DNA of 33,880 bases from Crenotrichaceae bacterium. GTDB lineage: Bacteria; Pseudomonadota; Gammaproteobacteria; Methylococcales; DRLZ01. The stretch is taken from positions 1 through 33,880 of the forward strand of contig DRLZ01000184.1 of NCBI GenBank assembly GCA_011322755.1, read 5' to 3'. Below, piece after piece: positions 27,830 through 33,880 of this stretch. How positions within the stretch are numbered: the stretch's first letter is position 1; each line of letters starts with the position of its first letter. Under the pieces are notes generated by a model, which searched no databases, was not told the origin of the DNA, and saw nothing but the letters and a program-made list of their open reading frames with translations. A program made the translations under genes and the position numbers.

Positions 27830-28684
27830 ATGACAACCCCTGATCCATTCGAGTTAAAACAACAACAAAGAGATAACTGGAAATCAGTAGCGGAAGGTTG
27901 GCGCCGACAAGATGATTTATTGCGTAAGGGCGCTGCGCCTGTTACCAATCGCATGCTTGAGCTCACCAGAATATCCTCGGGTTCTCGATTGCTTGATATT
28001 GCTTCGGGTACCGGAGAACCCGCAATCACAGCTGCTCATATTGTCGGTGACTCAGGTCAGGTCATCGGTACCGATCTGGTTGATGAAATGCTTGCTGTTG
28101 CCCGTGAAAAAACCACAGAGCAGAAGCTCAACAACATCGAATTCCATTGTGTCGATGCTGAAACACTGGATTATCCCGCAGCATCATTTGATGCAGTGAC
28201 CATTCGCTGGGGCTTGATGTTTATGCCTCAGCCGCTGGACTGTCTCACCGCTGCTCATGCGACACTGAAGCAGAATGGTCGTATTAGTCTGGCATGCTGG
28301 GCTGCCCCACAGAAAACCCCTTTTATCAATGTATTGCTGGAAACACTGAGTCACTACATGAAACTTCCTGTTGCAGCTCCCGGTACACCAGGAATTTTTG
28401 CATTTGCCGACCCGGAGCGTTTGCACGTCGTGCTGGAGTCGGCAGGCTTCAATAATATTAAACTGGAAGAGATGGAAATTAACGTGATTGAGGTTTATGA
28501 TGGCCATGCCTACTGGGAAGCAATGTCAGATTTAGCCGCACCGGTTATGGCGCTGGTGAACCAGCTCGAACAGGCTGCGCGTCAGGAATATATTGATGAA
28601 GTTATTTCAGCTGCAGAATCATTCAAACAAAGCAACACTCTGTGTATGAAAGGCACAACCTGGATAGCATCTGCTACGAAATAA
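27830..28684 (+). CDS. Class I SAM-dependent methyltransferase
   Basis: 284 aa. Motif I is LLDIASGTGEPA, the post-I acidic residue lies in VIGTDLV, and there is a Methyltransf_11-like core FDAVTIRWGLMF. Substrate unknown. Confidence 0.85.
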   Translation: MTTPDPFELKQQQRDNWKSVAEGWRRQDDLLRKGAAPVTNRMLELTRISSGSRLLDIASGTGEPAITAAHIVGDSGQVIGTDLVDEMLAVAREKTTEQKLNNIEFHCVDAETLDYPAASFDAVTIRWGLMFMPQPLDCLTAAHATLKQNGRISLACWAAPQKTPFINVLLETLSHYMKLPVAAPGTPGIFAFADPERLHVVLESAGFNNIKLEEMEINVIEVYDGHAYWEAMSDLAAPVMALVNQLEQAARQEYIDEVISAAESFKQSNTLCMKGTTWIASATK

Positions 28685-28703
28685 ACGGCAGATAGGACAC
28701 AAT

Positions 28704-29111
28704 GTGAATCAATCCACACCAATCACAACAGGCGCGCACCATGTTGGCTTAACCGTTTCCAGGCTTGAGGAATCCGCCTGTTTTTTTATTAATGTATTAG
28801 GCTGGTCAGAAGTGCGAAGAGATTCTGAATATCCGGCAATCTTTGTCACTGATGGAGTTTTAATGGTGACATTGTGGGAGGCAAAATCAAATTCTCCAGT
28901 CTTTTTTAATCGAAAAGAAAATATAGGCTTACATCATCTTGCGTTATCAGTTGGTAGTTTTGAAGACCTGGATACGATTCACAACAAGGTATCAGCAGCT
29001 GGATTGAAAGTTGAATTCCCTCCTGAGTTACTTCGTGACGGTCCAGTGAAACATATGATGTGTTACGAGCCAAGCGGAATCCGGATTGAGTTTATTTGTA
29101 TACCACGATGA
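28704..29111 (+). CDS. VOC (glyoxalase / bleomycin resistance / dioxygenase) family protein
   Basis: 135 aa, GTG start. Paired beta-alpha-beta-beta-beta modules with HHVGLTV and LHHLALSV metal-ligand-like motifs, and a C-terminal E in IRIEF. Confidence 0.85.
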   Translation: MNQSTPITTGAHHVGLTVSRLEESACFFINVLGWSEVRRDSEYPAIFVTDGVLMVTLWEAKSNSPVFFNRKENIGLHHLALSVGSFEDLDTIHNKVSAAGLKVEFPPELLRDGPVKHMMCYEPSGIRIEFICIPR

Positions 29112-29244
29112 GAGTATGCGACCCTGGCTAATGTAGATAACAGAAAACACAGATTAGCTTTCTCTCTATTTTGAATGATGCAGAAGATGATCTGCTTTGT
29201 TAGTATCTCTCGAAAATGACAAGACTAGTATAAGAGGATTGAGC

Positions 29245-29634
29245 ATGCAACCAGAACTAAAATCGAAATACCTGTCAATTGCACTAAAAGTGATTGGTAT
29301 TATTTTTATTGCTGGTGTGCCGGCAATGATGCTGATTATCTGGCCTTCTGGTTGGGGCTGGACTCCGCCTCAACCTGAATATGAGCAAATGATTATGGGT
29401 GTTTATATGACCTTGGGGGTATTTTTATTCCTGGCATCAAAAGATCCTATGGCGAATAAAAGTCTTATCTGGTTTACCATTTGGTCGAGTATTGTGCACG
29501 GCGGTGTGATGTTTATTCAAGCCATTATTGATGAATCAGATCGAATCAATCTGGCAGGAGATGTTCCAGCACTTTTTCTTGTTGCAGTTATCCTGTGGTA
29601 TTTAATGCCTGAACAGCCTATGGAATCTACATAA
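29245..29634 (+). CDS. Uncharacterised small membrane protein (4 TM)
   Basis: Start moved to ATG 29245 (AGAGGA SD), giving 129 aa, hydrophobic. I recognise no family. Confidence 0.6.
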   Translation: MQPELKSKYLSIALKVIGIIFIAGVPAMMLIIWPSGWGWTPPQPEYEQMIMGVYMTLGVFLFLASKDPMANKSLIWFTIWSSIVHGGVMFIQAIIDESDRINLAGDVPALFLVAVILWYLMPEQPMEST

Positions 29635-29704
29635 AAGATATGCTAATAGAAAACACTGCGAGATCAACGCCATATCAATTCTGTGGGGAACCATGTTTCA
29701 GCAG

Positions 29705-30703
29705 CTAACGTGATTGTAACTTACGCTCCCAGGCTAACGATGTCTGGACAATTTCGTTTAAATCATCATGGCGTGGTTGCCAGTCCAGGGTGTCATGAAT
29801 ACTGTCAACAGAGGCAACCAGTTGTGGTGGGTCTCCAGCGCGTCTGGGCTGTTCTTCCACTGCAATTGGTTCGCCATTGATTGCGTTAACTGTATCAATG
29901 ACTTCACGAACACTGTAGCCATGTCCGTAACCACAGTTTAGCGTGGTGGATTCCCCACCGTTGCGCAAATATTCCAGCGCTTGAATATGGGCATCGGCCA
30001 GATCGCTAACGTGAATATAATCACGCACACCGGTTCCATCCGGAGTTGGGTAGTCAGTTCCAAATACATATAATTTTTCACGTTTACCAACAGCAACTTC
30101 AGCAGCGACCTTGATTAACAAGGTGGCCTTTTCGGTTGATTGCCCTATTTCTCCATCCGGGTCGCTGCCAGCCACATTGAAGTAGCGCAGAATAACGTGA
30201 CACAAGTCTGTTACCGCAGACAAATCACGTAGCATCCATTCGCTCATTAGCTTTGATGTTCCATACGGGTTGATTGGATTAACCGGTGTTGTTTCGGTAA
30301 TTAACGGTTGCTCTGGTATTCCATACACTGCAGCGGTTGATGAAAAAATAAAGTGCTTAACGTCTGCCTGCTGGCAACATTGGAGTAGATTCCGCGTATT
30401 CGCAGTATTGTTACCATAGTATTTAAGCGGATCAGAGACCGATTCAGGTACAATCGTATGGGCGGCAAAATGCAAAACAGATTCAATATTGTGTTGCTCC
30501 AGAATTTTCGATACCAACGCTTGATCGCCTGTTTCCCCTATTATCAGCTCACCAAACAACACAGAGTCAGCAAAACCGGTTGATAGATTATCCAGAACCA
30601 CAACCTGCTCTCCAGCCAATCCTAATTGCTTGACGACATGGCTACCGATATAACCTGCTCCACCAGTGACCAGTATTGTTTTCTTCTGTGATTTGTTATG
30701 CAT
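29705..30703 (-). CDS. galE: UDP-glucose 4-epimerase
   Basis: 332 aa. ILVTGGAGYIGSH, catalytic YGTSKLMSE and RDYIHVSDLA. Collinear with GalE. Confidence 0.93.
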   Translation of the reverse strand: MHNKSQKKTILVTGGAGYIGSHVVKQLGLAGEQVVVLDNLSTGFADSVLFGELIIGETGDQALVSKILEQHNIESVLHFAAHTIVPESVSDPLKYYGNNTANTRNLLQCCQQADVKHFIFSSTAAVYGIPEQPLITETTPVNPINPYGTSKLMSEWMLRDLSAVTDLCHVILRYFNVAGSDPDGEIGQSTEKATLLIKVAAEVAVGKREKLYVFGTDYPTPDGTGVRDYIHVSDLADAHIQALEYLRNGGESTTLNCGYGHGYSVREVIDTVNAINGEPIAVEEQPRRAGDPPQLVASVDSIHDTLDWQPRHDDLNEIVQTSLAWERKLQSR

Positions 30704-30729
30704 GATTAAAAGATTTTCCTGGGTCTAAA

Positions 30730-30892
30730 CCTGAATCCGTGATTTCACTACGACACAAGGTGCAAGCTATTGATTTTACAGCGGTTAACAAATACCCACT
30801 GAACCGATGGGTGAAGCCAATAATTTTTTGACACCCCCTCTGAAACCAACACCTTACCCCCTGTGATCTGCATTGAAATCACGGATTCAAGT
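30730..30892 (+). repeat. MITE-like repeat, copy A (terminal inverted repeats)
   Basis: The ends CCTGAATCCGTGATTTCA (30730-30747) and TGAAATCACGGATTCAAG (30875-30892) are inverted repeats. The whole element aligns to the reverse complement of copy B. Flanked by CTAAA / TTAAA. Confidence 0.8.
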
Positions 30893-30913
30893 TAAATTGT
30901 AACGACATATACT

Positions 30914-32155
30914 CTATATTTCACTCTTGAAAGGTAGCACAAATACCGATTGCCCTTCTGAAATTGTATGACATTCAGCTGGAATGATAATAAAGCAATT
31001 GGCAGAAATCATTGAATACAATATATGAGATCCCTGACTCTTTAAAGGTGTTACTTGTAAACGATTGTCATCAAGCGTAAGTAATCCGCGTTGATATTCC
31101 TGTCTGCCCGGTTTTCTTTGAATTGTATGCGTAATGGGAACTTCAAACTGTAAAGGTTGACATGTTCGTTTTCCCATTTGTTTATACAGCGCTTGGCGCA
31201 CCAAAACCAGAAATGTCACCATAACTGACACAGGGTTACCCGGCAGCCCAAAAAAAGGTGTGCCCTGTATTTCTCCAAATACCAGTGGCTTACCCGGTTT
31301 TATTGCCAGTTTCCAGAACTGTAACTGTCCAATCTTTTCTATCACTGGCTGGACGAAGTCGGCATCACCGACAGATGCTCCGCCAGTACTGATAATCAGG
31401 TCGCTGTTTTTTGCAGCGGTAATGAGTGTTTCACTGAGTTGATTCGGGTTATCAGGCACAACACCCATGTCAACAGGTATCACGCCCGTTTGTTCCAGCA
31501 ATGCATGTAACGAATAACGATTGCTGTCATACAATTGACCGCTTTGTAGTTCGTCAGTCAATCCGCGTAATTCATCTCCAGTTGAAAAAAAGGCCACCCG
31601 TAGCTGCCGGTAGACTTGAACAGATACTTTTCCCAGCGAAGCGAGTAATCCGATTTCAGCTGGTGATAACTGGCTTCCTGTTTCAAGCACCACTGAACCC
31701 TGTTTGACGTTATCACCTGGCAAGCGCACATTGTCACCTAATTCAGTTGTTCCAGGAAAACGAATTAATCCTTCTGACTCAGTGACTTGCTCCTGGATAA
31801 CGACTGTGTCAGTGGTGTCTGGTAGTACAGCACCGGTAAAGATACGGATACATTCACCGGATTGAACAGTTCCTGTATATGGTTTGCCAGCCCACGAGGT
31901 TCCTGCGAGCCGAAACGCCTGGATATTGTTTTGTAAATCGGTAAAAGCCAAAGCATAGCCATCCATCGATGAATGACGCTCCCGAGGAATATTAAAACCA
32001 GCAACAATGTTTTCAGACAAAATGCGATTCAGACAATGTTTCAGCGGCAAAACCTGTTTATCACGAATCGGCTGGATTGCTGCCTGAATTCGGCTTTCAG
32101 CTTCGCTGATTGCAAGCAGGCCTGGAGTAACACAATTATCCTGCGATGGATTCAT
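30914..32155 (-). CDS. moeA: Molybdopterin molybdotransferase
   Basis: 413 aa with SSMDGYAL, STGGASVGDADF and a typical MoeA four-domain layout. Overlaps mobB by 20 nt. Confidence 0.93.
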   Translation of the reverse strand: MNPSQDNCVTPGLLAISEAESRIQAAIQPIRDKQVLPLKHCLNRILSENIVAGFNIPRERHSSMDGYALAFTDLQNNIQAFRLAGTSWAGKPYTGTVQSGECIRIFTGAVLPDTTDTVVIQEQVTESEGLIRFPGTTELGDNVRLPGDNVKQGSVVLETGSQLSPAEIGLLASLGKVSVQVYRQLRVAFFSTGDELRGLTDELQSGQLYDSNRYSLHALLEQTGVIPVDMGVVPDNPNQLSETLITAAKNSDLIISTGGASVGDADFVQPVIEKIGQLQFWKLAIKPGKPLVFGEIQGTPFFGLPGNPVSVMVTFLVLVRQALYKQMGKRTCQPLQFEVPITHTIQRKPGRQEYQRGLLTLDDNRLQVTPLKSQGSHILYSMISANCFIIIPAECHTISEGQSVFVLPFKSEI

Positions 32156-32678
32156 TTGTCAGCCATGTGTTGAGAATATAATCTGCCAATTGTTGCGGCT
32201 GATTAATGTCCAGAAAAGGAATGTCTAGCGCTAACGAGGGCGGACTATCCGCCACCAGTGCAATGATATGAGGATCATCAGGATACAGATAAGCATAGCC
32301 TAAACCAGAACGGTAAATTTCTATTTTTGGAATCGCTTCCCGCTTGAAGCCTTCTACCAGAATCAAATCAAGTTGCTCGCAATCCAGGTGTTTAAATTGA
32401 TCGGCAAGTCGTGGTTCTTCTGTGGATTCTGGATGCTCGATAATCAGCGCTGTTCGAGTGCGTGCAGCCAGCAACACCTGTCGGGCGCCAGCTTTTCTGA
32501 TTTGGTAGCTGTCTTTTCCTGGTTTGTCGATTTGAAAATTGTGATGGCTGTGTTTAATCAACCCAATACGTAAGCCACGATCAGTGAGAATGGGAATAAT
32601 TGTAGTAAGTAGCGTTGTTTTTCCAACACCACTGAAAGCCGCAAAACCCAGTACGGGTGTTGTTATCTGATTCAACAT
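32136..32678 (-). CDS. mobB: Molybdopterin-guanine dinucleotide biosynthesis adapter protein
   Basis: 180 aa with P-loop GFAAFSGVGKTTLL, plus IKHSHH and LVEGFK motifs typical of MobB. Confidence 0.9.
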   Translation of the reverse strand: MLNQITTPVLGFAAFSGVGKTTLLTTIIPILTDRGLRIGLIKHSHHNFQIDKPGKDSYQIRKAGARQVLLAARTRTALIIEHPESTEEPRLADQFKHLDCEQLDLILVEGFKREAIPKIEIYRSGLGYAYLYPDDPHIIALVADSPPSLALDIPFLDINQPQQLADYILNTWLTNESIAG

Positions 32679-32695
32679 TTAATTTTTTTATTGAA

Positions 32696-32849
32696 CCTGA
32701 ATCCGTGATTTCAATGCGGATAACAGGAGGTAAGATACTCGTTTCACATGCGTTTAAAAAAATCATGGCTTCACCTATCGGTTCAGCGGGTATTTATTAA
32801 CTGTTGTGTAATCAATAGCTTGCGTATTGTGCCGTAATGAAGGCTCAGG
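32696..32849 (-). repeat. MITE-like repeat, copy B (inverted relative to copy A)
   Basis: The left end CCTGAATCCGTGATTTCA is identical to copy A. The 57-nt core 32767-32823 differs at 7 positions from the reverse complement of 30762-30818. The right end is degenerate, with a deletion of about 6 nt. Flanked by direct TTGAA (32691-32695 and 32850-32854). Confidence 0.8.
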
Positions 32850-32855
32850 TTGAAG

Positions 32856-33863
32856 CTAGACTTTATAGTATGAGCGATACCATTCTACAAAATTAGCGAT
32901 TCCGGCCTCAATTGGTGTATCAGGCTTGTAATCCACATCACGCACCAGCTCATCAATATCTGCAAAGGTTGCAGGAACATCACCGGGTTGTAATGGCAGA
33001 AAGTTCTTGTTGGCTTTCTTGCCAATGCACTGCTCCAATACTTCAATGAAATACATTAATTCAACCGGTTGATTGTTGCCGATGTTGTAGATGCGATAAG
33101 GTGCAAGACTGGTTCCCGGATCAGGCTGATCGCTGCTCCATTGAGGATTTGGTTGTGCAATATGATCGCTGGTACGAATCACGCCTTCAACGATATCATC
33201 AATGTAAGTGAAATCACGTTTGTGTTTGCCTTGATTAAAAACATTGATTGGTTGTCCGGCAAGAGTGCTGCGAGTGAACAGAAATAATGCCATGTCGGGT
33301 CGACCCCAGGGGCCGTATACAGTAAAAAACCGCAAGCCAGTCGTGGGTAGTTTGTATAAATGGCTATACGTATGCGCCATTAACTCATTGGCTTTTTTGG
33401 TTGCTGCATAAAGGCTTAGTGGATGGTCAATATTGTCATGTACCGAAAAAGGCATGGATGTATTCGCACCATACACAGAACTGCTTGATGCATAGGTTAA
33501 ATGCTCAATATTATGATGTCGGCAGCCTTCAAGAATATTGGCAAAGCCCTGCAAGTTGGCATCAATGTAAGCCAATGGGTTTTCAATTGAATAGCGTACC
33601 CCTGCTTGAGCAGCCAGATGAATAACACGTTGTGGTTTATGTTCTGCAAATACATCCGGTATCGCTGCTCTGTCTTCAAGATTTACGCGAAGATCAGTAA
33701 ACCCAGGATGCGACTTAATTCGCTCCAGACGTGCCAGCTTTAGATTAACATCGTAATAGTCATTGATATTGTCGATTCCTATGACTTCATCTCCACGCTC
33801 CAGCAGTTTCACTGCAACATGGTTTCCAATAAAACCAGCTGTACCAGTAACCAAAATTTTCAC
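32856..33863 (-). CDS. NAD-dependent nucleotide-sugar epimerase (UDP-glucuronate 4-epimerase-like, CapI/WbnF type)
   Basis: 335 aa, GTG start with [21 protein letters not shown], catalytic [24 protein letters not shown] and [10 protein letters not shown]. Confidence 0.9.
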   Translation of the reverse strand: MKILVTGTAGFIGNHVAVKLLERGDEVIGIDNINDYYDVNLKLARLERIKSHPGFTDLRVNLEDRAAIPDVFAEHKPQRVIHLAAQAGVRYSIENPLAYIDANLQGFANILEGCRHHNIEHLTYASSSSVYGANTSMPFSVHDNIDHPLSLYAATKKANELMAHTYSHLYKLPTTGLRFFTVYGPWGRPDMALFLFTRSTLAGQPINVFNQGKHKRDFTYIDDIVEGVIRTSDHIAQPNPQWSSDQPDPGTSLAPYRIYNIGNNQPVELMYFIEVLEQCIGKKANKNFLPLQPGDVPATFADIDELVRDVDYKPDTPIEAGIANFVEWYRSYYKV

Positions 33864-33880
33864 AAACTACCTCTCGATCA

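Noticed and set aside
27592-28029. 145-aa minus-strand ORF spanning the DJ-1 3' end and the methyltransferase 5' end; also other long antisense ORFs (3296-3667, 7107-7511, 20769-21143, 12551-12874)
   Set aside because: All lie antisense to well-supported genes with clear family motifs. They are low-complexity or Cys/Ser-rich and lack RBS, so I treat them as shadow ORFs.
32696-32849. Repeat upstream of mobB-moeA as a Moco riboswitch or other 5' leader RNA
   Set aside because: The second copy lies in the opposite orientation relative to its downstream gene (galE), which is unrelated to Moco. The terminal inverted repeats and flanking direct repeats fit a transposition-derived element better.
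1-33880. CRISPR arrays, tRNA/rRNA genes, IS transposases, integrases, reverse transcriptases, toxin-antitoxin pairs and known defence-system genes
   Set aside because: I read all intergenic regions and all track ORFs. There is no regularly spaced direct-repeat array and no ORF with the hallmark motifs of these classes.

Overview
Chromosomal window from a gammaproteobacterium, inferred from zapA-ssrS and ygfB-pepP-ubiH synteny and Pseudomonas-like NrdA/NrdB. It holds about 33 protein genes and one ncRNA. The left third is conserved housekeeping: nrdAB (class Ia RNR) with a promoter carrying tandem NrdR boxes and three DnaA boxes, an AI-2E family permease, ilvA, an EVE-domain gene, 6S RNA downstream of zapA, ygfB-pepP-ubiH, a lipoprotein SGNH esterase and rimO. 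The centre is less ordinary. It has a markedly AT-rich acyltransferase-3 gene, a doubtful ORF holding a perfect 29-bp palindrome, and a secreted CHRD + 2x DUF302 fusion protein. A Crp/Fnr-family regulator there is divergent from a tightly coupled moxR-DUF58-tgpA operon. Next, an AraC-family regulator is divergent from eight same-strand genes (membrane protein, MAPEG, GST, SDR with Tyr->Phe active site, DJ-1/PfpI, SAM methyltransferase, VOC/glyoxalase, membrane protein) that look like an electrophile/thiol-dependent detoxification island. The right end has galE, moeA-mobB and a UDP-glucuronate 4-epimerase-like gene; moeA-mobB is bracketed by two inverted, diverged copies of a ~155-165 bp MITE-like element with terminal inverted repeats. 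I found no CRISPR array, tRNA/rRNA, transposase, integrase, reverse transcriptase or recognisable phage-defence gene. Nothing here can be shown to be novel from sequence alone. The best follow-up candidates are the MITE-like repeat pair, the CHRD-DUF302 protein with the adjacent palindrome region, and the AraC-linked cluster.
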